Positions 10,624 through 21,846 are shown, numbered from the stretch's first letter. The stretch: 64,000 nucleotides of DNA from Bradyrhizobium sp. (GCA_035575945.1 DATLXF010000055.1:3727-67726), one strand, 5' to 3'. Notes: generated by a model not told the origin, from the letters alone. Program-made: numbers and translations.

Positions 10624-11673
10624 ATGGAGTGTGACGTGGCGGGTTTCCCCGGCGATCTCGAAGTGATCGTGCCAAATCTGCACAGGCGCTATTCCGGGGT
10701 CACCGCGACCAACCGGATGGTGGCGCCGCGGTTGGCGAAACTGTATCGCGCCGCCTGGTTCGGCTCGGACGCGCCGGCGGGGATCGCGCGCCTCAGCGCT
10801 GCCGATTTCCTCAAGCTCTGGCGCCGCAAGCAGCCTTTGATCTGGCACGCGCGCCGCAACAACGAGATGATCGCCGGCGTTGGCTTGCGCGCGCTCGGCT
10901 GGCCGCTCAAGCTCGTCTTCACCTCGGCGGCGCAGCGGCATCACAGCTGGATCACGCGCTGGCTGATCCGGCGCATGGATGCGATCATCGCGACGTCGGA
11001 TCTCTCGGCTTCGTTCCTGAAGGTGAAGGCGACGGTGATCCCGCACGGCGTCGACACCGACGTCTATGCGCCGCCGCAGGACCGCGCCGCGGCCTTTGCC
11101 GAAAGCGGCCTGCCGGGCCGCTACGCCATCGGCTGCTTCGGCCGCGTGCGCGCGCAGAAGGGCACCGATGTGTTCGTCGATGCGATGTGCCGCTTGTTGC
11201 CGCGCCATCCGGATTTCACCGCCGTGATCGTCGGGCAGGTCACGGCCGAGCAGACTCCCTTTGCCAACGACCTGAAAAAACGAATCGAGGCCGCCGGCCT
11301 GCAATCGCGCATCGTCATCACCGGCGAGCTGCCGATCGAGGCGGTGCAGCGCTGGTACCAGCGGCTGACGATCTACGCCTTTACCTCGCGCAACGAAGGC
11401 TTTGGCTTGACGCTGATCGAGGCGATGGCTGCCGGCAGCGCACTGGTCGCCGCACGCGCCGGCGCGGCCGAGCTCGTGGTCGAGGATGGCGTCACCGGCG
11501 TGCTGGTGCCGGCGGGCGATGCAGACGCGCTGGCTGCGGCGCTGGAGCCGCTGATGCGCGACGTGGCCGCCGCGACGGCGATGGGCGAGCGGGGACGGGC
11601 GCGGGTGCTCGAGAAATTCAGCCTCGATGCCGAGGCGGCGCGGATCGGGGAGGTCTATCGGCCGCTGCTCTGA
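10624..11673 (+). CDS. lpcC: GT4 LPS core glycosyltransferase (LpcC/LpsB-like)
   Basis: NLHRRYSGVT, WHARRNNEM, FTSAAQRHHS, FGRVRAQKGTD and EGFGLT..EAMA motifs. Confidence 0.8.
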   Translation: MECDVAGFPGDLEVIVPNLHRRYSGVTATNRMVAPRLAKLYRAAWFGSDAPAGIARLSAADFLKLWRRKQPLIWHARRNNEMIAGVGLRALGWPLKLVFTSAAQRHHSWITRWLIRRMDAIIATSDLSASFLKVKATVIPHGVDTDVYAPPQDRAAAFAESGLPGRYAIGCFGRVRAQKGTDVFVDAMCRLLPRHPDFTAVIVGQVTAEQTPFANDLKKRIEAAGLQSRIVITGELPIEAVQRWYQRLTIYAFTSRNEGFGLTLIEAMAAGSALVAARAGAAELVVEDGVTGVLVPAGDADALAAALEPLMRDVAAATAMGERGRARVLEKFSLDAEAARIGEVYRPLL

Positions 11674-11851
11674 GCTGCACCTCCTGGCGTCGGTAACGAA
11701 AAACTCGAAAACAACCCCATGCACAGTAGCCAGAGACAGCAAAATCAAGGAGTTGGCGGAGGCTTCGCTCGATTGCGGATTCTTCGAATTGAATTTTGAC
11801 TCGTCGGGCAAAACAGTGGCAGGATGTCACCCTTGGCGCGCCTCGATCGCT

Positions 11852-12922
11852 TCAGCTCGTCACCCGCGCTGCCACATCCTCCAGCACCCGCTGCGCAACC
11901 CCAACCACCTCGCTCGCCGCGATATTCCGCATGCAGCGGTGGTCGTTCACCTTGCAGACCGTGCTCTGGCAGGGCTGGCAGGATAGCTTTTCCTTGTCCT
12001 GCACCAATGTCGCGGCCAGGCCGTTGAGCGGAGCCCAGAGGTAGGGGCTGGTGGGTCCGAAGATGCCCATGGTCGGCGTGCCCAGGGCGGCTGCGATGTG
12101 CATCAGGCCGGAATCGTTGGAGATCGCAACGCCGGCGGCGGCCATGGCGAGGACGCCGTTGCGCAAGTCCGTGCCGGTGAGGTCGCGTACAGCCGGGCCG
12201 CCGGCCGCGACGATCTGCTGGGCAAGCCCCTTCTCGGCGGGGCCGCCGACCACCCAGACCTCCAGGCCGCGCTCGACCAGCAAGCGGGCAGATTCGGGAT
12301 AAGAGGTCCAGCGCTTGGAGACGCCGACCGAGCCGGGGGCAAGCGCGACCGCGGCGCCGGCGCTGAGCCCGTTGGCCTCGCGCCAGCGGGCGACCTCATC
12401 CGCCGGCACGGCCAGTTGCGGCACCGGCCATTCCGGAGGCAAGGGAGCGCCGTCGGGCTGGGCCAGGGCAGCGTTCTTGTCGATGAAGCGGGGCAGCTTC
12501 TTCTCGCCCCAGCGCCAGCGGTTGAGCAGGCCGAACCGGAATTCGCCAACAAAGCCGATCCGTTCCGGAATACCGGCCAGCGCCGGCGCGATGGCCGCCT
12601 TCCAAGTGCGCGGCAGGACCAGGGCGGTGCCATATTTCCGCTGGCGCAGCAGCTTGGCCAGGCCGAACTGGCGTCCGACGGCCAGCCGGCTGCGCGGCAG
12701 GTCGAAGACGATACCCTCGCGGACGCCGGGCATGTAATCGACCAGCGGGGCGCACAGGGACGTGGTGAGGAGGTCGACGGGCCGGTTCGGCCAACGCTGC
12801 TTCAGGACCCGCACAACGGTGTGATTTCGCACGAAATCGCCGATCCACATGTAAGGAATGATCAGGATCGGGCGGGTATCGCTCCGGTCTGCATCTCCAA
12901 CAAATTGCGAATCAATATTCAT
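11852..12922 (-). CDS. rfaF: LPS heptosyltransferase II (GT9)
   Basis: WIGDFV, LPRTWKAA, SNDSGLMHIAAALG, GPTSP; adjacent to the ADP-heptose genes. Likely start MNIDSQ. Confidence 0.9.
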   Translation of the reverse strand: MNIDSQFVGDADRSDTRPILIIPYMWIGDFVRNHTVVRVLKQRWPNRPVDLLTTSLCAPLVDYMPGVREGIVFDLPRSRLAVGRQFGLAKLLRQRKYGTALVLPRTWKAAIAPALAGIPERIGFVGEFRFGLLNRWRWGEKKLPRFIDKNAALAQPDGAPLPPEWPVPQLAVPADEVARWREANGLSAGAAVALAPGSVGVSKRWTSYPESARLLVERGLEVWVVGGPAEKGLAQQIVAAGGPAVRDLTGTDLRNGVLAMAAAGVAISNDSGLMHIAAALGTPTMGIFGPTSPYLWAPLNGLAATLVQDKEKLSCQPCQSTVCKVNDHRCMRNIAASEVVGVAQRVLEDVAARVTS

Positions 12923-13080
12923 TCGTTCATTAGCGCCGATGACGTGCTCATGTTGGCGGTTCGGTAGCCGCTCCCGGCCGGCAGGTAAAGCCAGCGGAGC
13001 GACAATCCCAAAACCGCTTACACTTTGGCGGATCATGCGCTAGGGCAGGACCGGGCACCAAGAAATCGGGCAGAAGTGGG

Positions 13081-14061
13081 ATGTTGCTGGTGACCGGCGG
13101 GGCCGGTTTTATCGGATCGAATGTCGTGGCCGCGCTGAACCAGGCCGGTCGCAGCGACGTCGTGGTCTGCGACTGGTTGGGCACCGACGGCAAGTGGCGC
13201 AATCTTTCCAAGCGGCAGCTTGTGGATATCGTGCCACCCGCCGAGCTGATGGACTGGCTCAAGGGCCGCCAGCTCGAGGCCATGATCCATCTCGGGGCGA
13301 TTTCCGCGACCACGGCGACCGACGGCGACCTCGTCGTCGAGACCAATTTTCGGCTCTCGATGCGCCTTCTGGACTGGTGCACGATGAACGCGGTGCCGTT
13401 CATCTATGCGTCCTCGGCGGCGACCTATGGCGACGGCTTGCAAGGCTTTGACGACGACGCCTCCTTGCCGGCGTTGAAGAAATTGCGGCCGATGAATCTC
13501 TACGGCTGGAGCAAGCACCTGTTCGATCTCGCCGTCGCCGGGCGGGTCGCGAACGGCGATCCGCTGCCGCCGCAATGGGCGGGGCTGAAGTTCTTCAACG
13601 TGTTCGGCCCGAACGAGTACCACAAGGGCGCGATGATGAGCGTGCTGGCGCGGCGCTTCGACGACGTCAGGGCCGGCCGCCCCGTGCAGCTGTTCAAGTC
13701 GCATCGCGAAGGCATCGATGACGGCGACCAGCGCCGCGATTTCATCTATGTCGACGACGTCGTGCGCGTGATGATGTGGCTGCTGGCGACACCCTCGGAG
13801 TCCGGCCTGTTCAACGTCGGCACCGGCAAGGCGCGCAGCTTCAAGGACCTGATACTGGCGGCCTATGCGGCGCTCGGCACGAGGCCCAACATCGAATACA
13901 TCGACATGCCCGAGCAGATCCGCGACAGCTACCAGTATTTCACCCAGAGCAAGGTCGATCGTCTCCATCGCGCCGGCTATAACGGCGGCTTCACGACGCT
14001 CGAGCACGCGGTCAAGGCCTATGTCGGGGATTATCTCGACCGCCCCGACCGCTTCCGCTGA
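13081..14061 (+). CDS. rfaD: ADP-L-glycero-D-manno-heptose 6-epimerase
   Basis: [43 protein letters not shown]. Confidence 0.95.
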   Translation: MLLVTGGAGFIGSNVVAALNQAGRSDVVVCDWLGTDGKWRNLSKRQLVDIVPPAELMDWLKGRQLEAMIHLGAISATTATDGDLVVETNFRLSMRLLDWCTMNAVPFIYASSAATYGDGLQGFDDDASLPALKKLRPMNLYGWSKHLFDLAVAGRVANGDPLPPQWAGLKFFNVFGPNEYHKGAMMSVLARRFDDVRAGRPVQLFKSHREGIDDGDQRRDFIYVDDVVRVMMWLLATPSESGLFNVGTGKARSFKDLILAAYAALGTRPNIEYIDMPEQIRDSYQYFTQSKVDRLHRAGYNGGFTTLEHAVKAYVGDYLDRPDRFR

Positions 14062-14072
14062 GGCCTTTGATC

Positions 14073-15557
14073 ATGGCGACGCCCATTCTCGATTTCGACG
14101 CCCTCGCGCAAACGATCTCAGGCCGCACCGTGCTTTGCATCGGCGACATCATGCTGGACGAATTCGTCTATGGCGAGGTGTCGCGGATCTCGCCGGAAGC
14201 GCCGGCGCCCGTCATCGCGGCCCAGCGCAGCGAGATCCACGTCGGCGGCGCCGGCAACGTCGCGCGCAATGTCGCTTCGCTCGGCGCGCGCTGCACCTTC
14301 GTCGGCCTCGTCGGCGAGGACGAGGCCGGTGCACGGCTCAAGGCGGCGCTTGACGAGCTCGCTGCAATCGAAAGCGTGCTGGTGCGCGATCCGTCGCGGC
14401 CGACCACGCGAAAGGTCCGCTTCGTCTCGGAGCATTTTTCCACGCACATGCTGCGCGCGGATTGGGAGCAGGCGCTGCCTGCATCCGATGACGTCGAAAC
14501 CAAATTGATCGACGCGATCCTGCCGCAGATCGCACGCGCCGACATCGTGCTGCTGTCCGACTACGCCAAGGGCGTGCTGACGGCGCGCGTGATCCGCCAC
14601 ACGATCGACGCCGCGCGCAAGCTCGGCAAGCCCGTGATCGTCGATCCCAAGAGCCTGAACTGGGCGATCTATCGCGGCGCCACGCTGCTCACGCCCAACC
14701 GCAAGGAATTCTCCGAAGCGACCCGCAGCCGCGCAGAGACGGTGCAGAGCATCGTCGAGGCCAGCGAGGACGTGATGCGGCTGGCCGATTGCGAGGCGAT
14801 CCTGGTCACGCAGGGCGAGCATGGCATGACGCTCGTGCCGCGCAATGGGCAGGCCGTTCACGTGCCGGCTTTCCCGGTGAAGGTGCGCGACGTCTCCGGC
14901 GCCGGCGATACCGTCGCCGCTGCGATTGCGGTGGCGCTCGCGGCCGGCGCGGATTGGGATACGGCGCTGCGCGTCGCCAATGCCGCCGCCGCCGTCGCCG
15001 TCGGCAAGCAGGGCACCGCCAGCGTCAGCGCGGCCGAGCTGCGCCGCAAGATCCTGCCGCATGCCACGCTCGCGGCCGAGGAGAAGATCGTGCTCGATCC
15101 GGCCGCGCTCGATGCGCAGCTCGCCGAATGGAACAGGCAGGGCCTGCGCGTCGGCTTCACCAACGGCTGTTTCGACATCCTGCATCCCGGTCACGTCAAG
15201 GTGCTGACCGCGGCGCGCGCCGCCTGCGATCGCCTGATCGTGGGGCTCAACAGCGACGCCTCGGTGCGGCGGCTGAAGGGTGCCGATCGTCCGGTGCAGG
15301 ACGAGCGCGCGCGTGCCGAAGTGCTCGCCGCGCTGGAGGCGGTCGATCTGGTCGTGATCTTCGCGGAAGACACGCCGATCGACCTGATCACCCGGATCAG
15401 GCCGGGCGTGCTGGTGAAGGGCGGCGACTACACCCGCGAGCAGGTCGTGGGCCACGAGGTGGTCGAGGCCGCGGGTGGGGTGGTCGTGCTGGTCGACATC
15501 CTGCAGGGCTTCAGCACGACGGCGCTGGTTCATCGCGCCCGGGGAGGGGGCAAGTGA
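14073..15557 (+). CDS. hldE: Bifunctional heptose-7-phosphate kinase / heptose-1-phosphate adenylyltransferase
   Basis: [17 protein letters not shown] (PfkB kinase), [20 protein letters not shown]. Confidence 0.96.
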   Translation: MATPILDFDALAQTISGRTVLCIGDIMLDEFVYGEVSRISPEAPAPVIAAQRSEIHVGGAGNVARNVASLGARCTFVGLVGEDEAGARLKAALDELAAIESVLVRDPSRPTTRKVRFVSEHFSTHMLRADWEQALPASDDVETKLIDAILPQIARADIVLLSDYAKGVLTARVIRHTIDAARKLGKPVIVDPKSLNWAIYRGATLLTPNRKEFSEATRSRAETVQSIVEASEDVMRLADCEAILVTQGEHGMTLVPRNGQAVHVPAFPVKVRDVSGAGDTVAAAIAVALAAGADWDTALRVANAAAAVAVGKQGTASVSAAELRRKILPHATLAAEEKIVLDPAALDAQLAEWNRQGLRVGFTNGCFDILHPGHVKVLTAARAACDRLIVGLNSDASVRRLKGADRPVQDERARAEVLAALEAVDLVVIFAEDTPIDLITRIRPGVLVKGGDYTREQVVGHEVVEAAGGVVVLVDILQGFSTTALVHRARGGGK

Positions 15558-16840
15558 CGGCGTTTGCCCGCGAGACCTCCGGCCAGCTCTTGCGGCGGCG
15601 CCTGCGCAGTCCGGCGGCCTGGCGTGAGACCGTCGACCTGTTCGCGATCCTGACCGCGGCCTCGCTGCCCTGGTCGACATCGCTTGCCGGGATCTTCAAC
15701 GCGCTGATGCTGCTTTGCATGGTGCCGTTCCTCGATTTGCGCGACTTCCTCCAGTCCCTGAAGCGTCCGATCTGCATTGCCCCGATCGCGCTGGTCGTTC
15801 TCGCGTTGCTCGGGACGCTGTGGTCGGATGCCTCGTGGGGGGCGCGCCTCTATGCGGTCAACCCGACCGTCAAGCTGCTCGTGCTGCCGGTCCTGCTGTA
15901 TCATTTCGAGCGCTCGCCGCGCGGACACTGGGTCTTCATCGCCTTCCTGGTGTCCTGCGCCTTGTTGTCGGTGATGTCCTGGCTGGTCGCGTTCTACCCC
16001 AACCTTGCGCTCAAGACCGATCCGCCCGAACGCGGCATCTTCGTCAAGAACTACATCGATCAAAGCCAGGAATTCGCTCTTTGCGCGGTCGCGCTAGCCT
16101 ATCCGATCGTGATGCTGTTGCGCGAGAAGCGGTACTGGTTCGCCGCGCTGCTGACGGCGCTGGCGCTGAGCTTCCTCATTAACATGACCTTCGTGGTGGT
16201 CTCACGCACCGCGCTCGTCACCATTCCGATCATGTTCGGCGTGTTTGCACTGCTTCACCTCCGATGGCGCAGCATCGCGATCATCTCCGGCGCGCTGCTC
16301 GTCGGTGCCGTTCTCGCCTGGCAGGCCTCGCCGCAATTGCGCCAGACCGCCGAGCGGTTCACCGCCGATTACAGCGGCTATGTGGAGCGGGACGAGGCAA
16401 CATCCATGGGCATGCGGCTCGAATTCTGGCGCAAGTCGCTCGGCTTCTTCGCGGAGGCGCCGATCATGGGACACGGCACCGGTTCGACCCGCGGCTTGTT
16501 CGAACGCGTCGCGACCCCCGCCGGTCAGCGCCGGGCGTCGGCCGAGGTGATCGGAAACCCGCACAACCAGACCCTGAACGTTGCCGTGCAATGGGGCGCG
16601 ATCGGCATCGCCATCCTCTACGCGATCTGGATATCGCATCTCCGGTTGTTTCGCGGCGACGGGCTTGCGAACTGGATCGGGCTCCTGGTGGTGGTACAGA
16701 ATGTCTTCACCTCCCTGTTCAACTCGCATCTGTTCGACTTCCACGAGGGCTGGATGTACGTCATCGGCGTCGGCGTTGCCGGCGGCATGGTGATGCGGGC
16801 ACAACAGGTCGGGGCCAAGATGGCGGAAGCGGGTTCCTGA
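15554..16840 (+). CDS. O-antigen ligase family membrane protein
   Basis: GTG start overlaps the hldE stop. Multi-TM protein with [20 protein letters not shown] and NPHNQTL (Wzy_C/WaaL motifs). Confidence 0.85.
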   Translation: MTAFARETSGQLLRRRLRSPAAWRETVDLFAILTAASLPWSTSLAGIFNALMLLCMVPFLDLRDFLQSLKRPICIAPIALVVLALLGTLWSDASWGARLYAVNPTVKLLVLPVLLYHFERSPRGHWVFIAFLVSCALLSVMSWLVAFYPNLALKTDPPERGIFVKNYIDQSQEFALCAVALAYPIVMLLREKRYWFAALLTALALSFLINMTFVVVSRTALVTIPIMFGVFALLHLRWRSIAIISGALLVGAVLAWQASPQLRQTAERFTADYSGYVERDEATSMGMRLEFWRKSLGFFAEAPIMGHGTGSTRGLFERVATPAGQRRASAEVIGNPHNQTLNVAVQWGAIGIAILYAIWISHLRLFRGDGLANWIGLLVVVQNVFTSLFNSHLFDFHEGWMYVIGVGVAGGMVMRAQQVGAKMAEAGS

Positions 16841-16924
16841 GCGGTCGCGCGGCTGGCATGTCTTGTCCAGATGGGCTATCAGCGCGGTCAGGTTGCATCT
16901 AACTGGGTTTTCATCGGTCGGCGG

Positions 16925-18838
16925 ATGACGCGGCTCAAGCATCTTACCTCGCGCAATTTCCTCATCGCGATTCACGACCTGCTGGCGACGACGGCGGCGC
17001 TTTTCGTTGCGTTCTATCTGCGGTTCGAGGGGGGCGACGGTTTCTACGCTCGTTTGCCGCTGCTGTTCCATATCCTGCCCTACTTCCTCGCCTTCAGCGT
17101 CGTCGTGTTCTTTCTCAGCAATCTGACCACGACGAAATGGCGCTTCATCTCGCTGCCTGACGCGCTGAACATCATTCGCGCGACGACCGTGCTCACGGTT
17201 GCCCTGCTCGTGCTCGACTACATCCTCGTTGCCCCCAACGTTCGCGGCGCCTTCTTTCTCGGCAAGGTAACGATCATCCTCTACTGGTTCCTCGAGATCT
17301 TCTTCCTCAGCGCGCTGCGCATGGCCTATCGCTATTTCCGCTATACGCGGGTGCGGCGTCACGCGAGGGGCGGGGAGGCTGCGCCGACGCTGCTGATCGG
17401 CCGCGCCGCGGATGTCGAAGTGCTGCTGCGTGGCATCGAGAGCGGGGCGATCAAGCACATCTGGCCGGTCGGCGTCTTGTCGCCATCGCCTGCCGATCGG
17501 GGTCAGCTCATCCGCAACGTGCCGGTGCTGGGCGGCATCGACGACGTCGAGGACGTGATTTCGGACTTCGCCAAGCGCGACAAGGCGATCGCGCGCCTCA
17601 TCATGACGCCATCGGCTTTCGAGCCGGAGTCGCATCCGGAATCGATCCTGATGCGGGCGCGCAAGCTGGGCGTGATCGTCAGCCGGATGCCCTCGCTGGA
17701 GAGCGGCGACACGCCAAGGCTAACGGCCGTCGCGGTCGAGGATCTCCTGCTGCGTCCGAGCGAGAAGATCGACTATGTGCGCCTGGAGGCCCTGATCAGG
17801 AGCAAGGCCGTGATCGTCACCGGCGGCGGCGGCTCGATCGGATCCGAGATCTGCGAGCGAGTGGTCGCCTTCGGCGCGGCGCGTCTCTTGATCGTGGAGA
17901 ATTCCGAGCCGGCTCTCTATGCGGTCACCGAGGCGCTGGCCGCGCGCGGCGCCACCGCGCAGATCGAAGGCCGGATTGCCGACATTCGCGACCGCGAACG
18001 CATCATGCGCCTGATGTCCGAGTTCAAGCCCGACATCGTCTTCCATGCCGCGGCGCTCAAGCACGTGCCGATCCTCGAGCGCGACTGGAGCGAGGGCGTC
18101 AAGACCAACATCTTCGGTTCCATCAACGTCGCGGACGCCGCCGTTGCGGCCGGCGCCGAGGCGATGGTTATGATCTCGACCGACAAGGCGATCGAGCCGG
18201 TGTCGATGCTCGGCCTCACCAAGCGCTTCGCCGAAATGTATTGCCAAGCGCTCGATCGCGACCTCGCAGCCGGGGCGAACGGCACCAAGCCGCCGATGCG
18301 GCTGATCTCGGTCCGGTTCGGCAACGTGCTGGCCTCGAACGGGTCGGTCGTGCCGAAGTTCAAGGCCCAGATCGAGGCTGGCGGCCCCGTGACCGTGACG
18401 CATCCCGACATGGTCCGTTACTTCATGACCATCCGCGAGGCCTGCGATCTCGTCATCACCGCGGCGACGCATGCGCTTGGAACGCAGCGTCCTGACGTTT
18501 CGGTCTACGTGCTCAACATGGGCCAGCCGGTGAAGATCGTCGATCTCGCCGAGCGCATGATCCGCCTGTCCGGACTGCAGCCGGGCTACGACATCGAGAT
18601 CGTGTTCACGGGCATGCGGCCGGGCGAGCGCCTGCACGAGATCCTGTTCGCCTCGGAGGAGCCGACCCGCGAGATCGGCGTGCCCGGCATCATGGCCGCG
18701 CAGCCGAACGAGCCGCCGATGCAGACGCTGCGCAAATGGACTGCGGCGCTGGAGCTGGCGATCGCCCGCGACGATCGCGCCACCATCAGGACCATCCTGA
18801 AGGATGCGGTGCCCGAATTCGGGTCCACGGCGGCCTGA
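16925..18838 (+). CDS. Membrane-bound nucleoside-diphosphate sugar 4,6-dehydratase (WbpM/PglF/CapD family)
   Basis: Four N-terminal TMs, TGGGGSIGSE, HAAALKHVP, STDKA, VRFGNVLASNGSVVP, RPGERLHE. Confidence 0.92.
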   Translation: MTRLKHLTSRNFLIAIHDLLATTAALFVAFYLRFEGGDGFYARLPLLFHILPYFLAFSVVVFFLSNLTTTKWRFISLPDALNIIRATTVLTVALLVLDYILVAPNVRGAFFLGKVTIILYWFLEIFFLSALRMAYRYFRYTRVRRHARGGEAAPTLLIGRAADVEVLLRGIESGAIKHIWPVGVLSPSPADRGQLIRNVPVLGGIDDVEDVISDFAKRDKAIARLIMTPSAFEPESHPESILMRARKLGVIVSRMPSLESGDTPRLTAVAVEDLLLRPSEKIDYVRLEALIRSKAVIVTGGGGSIGSEICERVVAFGAARLLIVENSEPALYAVTEALAARGATAQIEGRIADIRDRERIMRLMSEFKPDIVFHAAALKHVPILERDWSEGVKTNIFGSINVADAAVAAGAEAMVMISTDKAIEPVSMLGLTKRFAEMYCQALDRDLAAGANGTKPPMRLISVRFGNVLASNGSVVPKFKAQIEAGGPVTVTHPDMVRYFMTIREACDLVITAATHALGTQRPDVSVYVLNMGQPVKIVDLAERMIRLSGLQPGYDIEIVFTGMRPGERLHEILFASEEPTREIGVPGIMAAQPNEPPMQTLRKWTAALELAIARDDRATIRTILKDAVPEFGSTAA

Positions 18839-18935
18839 TCATGCAGCCGCGAGGCAGGATCGTCGTCCCCCGTGCCGGTTCGATCGACGGATCGCCGTGC
18901 AAAGCAGTCCTCGACGCAGTCCAGGTGACGCAACA

Positions 18936-19883
18936 ATGAGCGAGACAAGGCCGGTCGCGCTGGTGACGGGGGCGAGCGGCTTCCTGGGCCAGCATATCCT
19001 GCCGGCGCTGACGCGGGCGGGGTGGTCGGTCCGCCCGGCGGCGCGGAGCCCGACGGGGACCGACGGTGAGGTCGTGGTCGGATCGATCGGCCCGGAGACC
19101 GACTGGCAGGCCGCGCTTGCAGGCGCCGAGGCCGTCGTCCATCTCGCCGCGCGCGTGCATTACAAGAACGATGAGCACGCGGTCCAGATCTATCGCAACG
19201 TCAATGTCGAGGGCACACTGCACTTGGCGCGCCGTGCGGCGAGGGCCGGCGTGCGCCATTTCATCTTCATCAGCACCGTTCTCGTTCACGGCCGCAGCAA
19301 TGACGGCCGTGCGCCGTTCAGCGAGAGCGACGTCCCGACGCCGCGTGGCCTCTACGGCACATCCAAGGCTGAGGCCGAGGCGGGCTTGAGGCTGCTGGCG
19401 CGCGACACCGACATGACAATCTCGGTGATCAGGCCGCCGCTGATTTATGGTCCGCACGCCAAGGGCAATTTCCCGCTGCTGGCGCGCGCAGTCAGGCTGG
19501 GGCTGCCCTTGCCCTTCGCGGCGATCCGTAATCGCCGCAACTTTCTGTCCGTGCAGAACCTGTCGTCTTTCATCCTGTACCGGCTCGGCCATCCCGATAC
19601 CGCGAGCAATTTCGAGATATTCCTGCTCGCCGACAAAGAGCGGGTCTCAACGCCCGAATTCATCGCGCGCCTGGCGAGAGCCTCCGGCAAGAGCGCCCGG
19701 CTGTTCGGCATACCGCCAAACCTGCTCGGCTCGGCCCTGCGCATGATGGGGCGTCAGGATATGAATGACGGCCTGATCGGCTCGCTCGAGCTCGACGTCT
19801 CCAAGGCGCTCGCGACCGGCTGGCAGCCCGAGGTCTCGCTCGACGAGGGTCTGCGGCTCGCGGTATCCGCTCAAGCCGGCTGA
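18936..19883 (+). CDS. NAD-dependent epimerase/dehydratase
   Basis: TGASGFLG, HLAARVH, YGTSK, IRPPLIYGP. Confidence 0.9.
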   Translation: MSETRPVALVTGASGFLGQHILPALTRAGWSVRPAARSPTGTDGEVVVGSIGPETDWQAALAGAEAVVHLAARVHYKNDEHAVQIYRNVNVEGTLHLARRAARAGVRHFIFISTVLVHGRSNDGRAPFSESDVPTPRGLYGTSKAEAEAGLRLLARDTDMTISVIRPPLIYGPHAKGNFPLLARAVRLGLPLPFAAIRNRRNFLSVQNLSSFILYRLGHPDTASNFEIFLLADKERVSTPEFIARLARASGKSARLFGIPPNLLGSALRMMGRQDMNDGLIGSLELDVSKALATGWQPEVSLDEGLRLAVSAQAG

Positions 19884-20890
19884 GAGCCGGAGAAGCGCCG
19901 CAGCACGAAGGCGACCGCGGCCGCGCCCGCGATGAGGCAGACGATCGTGATTGCCGTCGAACCGGCGCGAACGGTGACGATGGCGAGCAATGCCAGCACG
20001 AGATTGAGCGCGAATGTCTCGGCGATCACCCGCCTGACCGTGAACCCGTTGTCGGTTGCACGCTGATAAAAGTGCGTGCGATGCGCCGACCAGAACGGTT
20101 CGCGCCTGATGATGCGGCGAAACAGGGTGATGGTGGAATCGGCGAGATAATAGGCGGCGAGCAGCAGCGCCGCCGCCGGCTGGCCCCGGAAAGCGAGCTC
20201 CAGCAGGCACCAGCCGAGCAGGAGGCCGATCGGCAGGCTGCCGACATCGCCCAGGAAGACTTTCGCGACGGGGCGGTTGAACGGCGCGAAACCGAGCATG
20301 GCGCCGCAGAGCGCTGTGGCGATCAGCACGGCCGGCCACGAGAGATCCCCGAGCGTTCCCAGCAGCAGCAGGGCGGCAGTGACCGGCACGACTTCCGCCA
20401 CCGTCATCAGGTCGAGCCCGTCCATGAAGTTGACGAGGTTCACGAACCAGACACCGGCAAGGACGACGACGCCGCGCTCCAGGGCAAGCGGCAGCGCCGG
20501 CGCGATGCGCGCGGTCTCGGGCGCGGTCAACACCACGGCGCCGACGCAGGCGGCCTGCAGCACCAGCCGCACCAGCACGGGCAGCGACACGATGTCGTCG
20601 GCGAAGCCGACCAGCGCGATCACGACCGTCGCAGCGACCAGCGCCGGCGGAATCGCGACACCGGCCGAGGCTCCCCATAGCGAGGCGACGATCAGCGTCG
20701 CGGCGATCACCGCGATGCCCGCGCCCTGCGGGGTGGGAGTGCGATGCGAGGACCGCGCATTCGGCCGTGCCAGCGCGTAGCGCTGGAGCAGGGGGCGGCC
20801 GATCCAGGTGACGAGCGCCGAGACCAGCGCCGCGGCCGCGACGGCAAGCAGCAGGGCGGCGCCGGAAAGCGCGTCGGCGGTCGGGCTCAC
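19871..20890 (-). CDS. Polyprenyl-phosphate sugar-1-phosphate transferase (WecA/WbpL/MraY-like)
   Basis: PNARSSH.TPTPQGAG, GFADD, NLVNFMDGLD, FLGDVGS, AHRTHFYQ; highly hydrophobic. Confidence 0.9.
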   Translation of the reverse strand: MSPTADALSGAALLLAVAAAALVSALVTWIGRPLLQRYALARPNARSSHRTPTPQGAGIAVIAATLIVASLWGASAGVAIPPALVAATVVIALVGFADDIVSLPVLVRLVLQAACVGAVVLTAPETARIAPALPLALERGVVVLAGVWFVNLVNFMDGLDLMTVAEVVPVTAALLLLGTLGDLSWPAVLIATALCGAMLGFAPFNRPVAKVFLGDVGSLPIGLLLGWCLLELAFRGQPAAALLLAAYYLADSTITLFRRIIRREPFWSAHRTHFYQRATDNGFTVRRVIAETFALNLVLALLAIVTVRAGSTAITIVCLIAGAAAVAFVLRRFSGSQPA

Positions 20891-21846
20891 TCCGGCACTC
20901 CGATCGGAACCGACCCTCGCGCGGCCTTCTCCGCGCTGAGGATCCAGACCAGGCCCCCGACCGCGCCGACGATGAAGAACACGGCGCCGTACAGCAGCGA
21001 GACGTTGACGCCCTCGTTGGCGGCAAGTCCCGCAAAGCCGAACGCCAGGCCCATCGTCGCCTCACGCACGCCCCAGCCGGCGATCGAGATCGGCATCATC
21101 GTGATCAGCATCACCGGCGGCACCAGCAGAAAGACGTCGCTGAAGCGCACCGGGGCCGCGATCGACTGCACCACGCACCAGGCGATGACGACCGCCAGCA
21201 CGTGAACGAGGACCGACAGGATGGCGATGGCCGGACCGCGGGTGCGGCTGAAGATCACGCGATTGGCGATGACGGCACAGGCGTGAATGTGGTGCGTCGC
21301 CCACCAGGTCTTGAGCCAGCGCCATTTCAGCGCGCCGAACACCAGGAAGCCGAGGCCGCCGGCGAGCGCCAGCAGATCGATGAGCAGCAGCGCCGAGCGC
21401 CCGTGCGGATCGGTGATGAGGGCGTAGCTCCAGGGCAGGCTCGCGACGATGAGAACGGCAAGCGCGATCAGGCCGATGGCGCGGTCGACGAAGATGGAAT
21501 AGGTGGCCGCACGCCAGCCGGCGCCGGCGCGCGCAACCAGCCACAGCCGGACCGCATCGCCGCCGATCGCGGAGGGCAGGGTCTGGTTGAAGAACGCGCC
21601 GATCACGTTGTAGCGCATGGCACGGCCGAGTTCGAGCGGCGCGCCGCAGGCGGCGCTGATCTCGCGCCAGCGCAGCACGCCGACGAAGATCTGCACGAAC
21701 GTGACCGCGATCGCCACACCGATCCAGAACAGGCTGGTCACGGTGAAGCGCGAAAGCAGTTCGGACAGATCGACCTTGCGCAAGGCCAGATAGAGCAGCG
21801 CCGCGGAAATCACGATCTTGACAGTCGACAGCAGGATTCGGCGCAT
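20887..21846 (-). CDS. Lysylphosphatidylglycerol synthase TM / flippase-like (UPF0104) protein
   Basis: LRWR, FFNQTLPSAIGGDAVR, DR, PISIAGWGVRE motifs. Confidence 0.85.
   Translation of the reverse strand: MRRILLSTVKIVISAALLYLALRKVDLSELLSRFTVTSLFWIGVAIAVTFVQIFVGVLRWREISAACGAPLELGRAMRYNVIGAFFNQTLPSAIGGDAVRLWLVARAGAGWRAATYSIFVDRAIGLIALAVLIVASLPWSYALITDPHGRSALLLIDLLALAGGLGFLVFGALKWRWLKTWWATHHIHACAVIANRVIFSRTRGPAIAILSVLVHVLAVVIAWCVVQSIAAPVRFSDVFLLVPPVMLITMMPISIAGWGVREATMGLAFGFAGLAANEGVNVSLLYGAVFFIVGAVGGLVWILSAEKAARGSVPIGVPE

Noticed and set aside
14789-15553. 683-aa version of the O-antigen ligase ORF
   Set aside because: The upstream part is an Arg-rich off-frame reading of hldE. The GTG at 15554 overlapping the hldE stop is the natural start.
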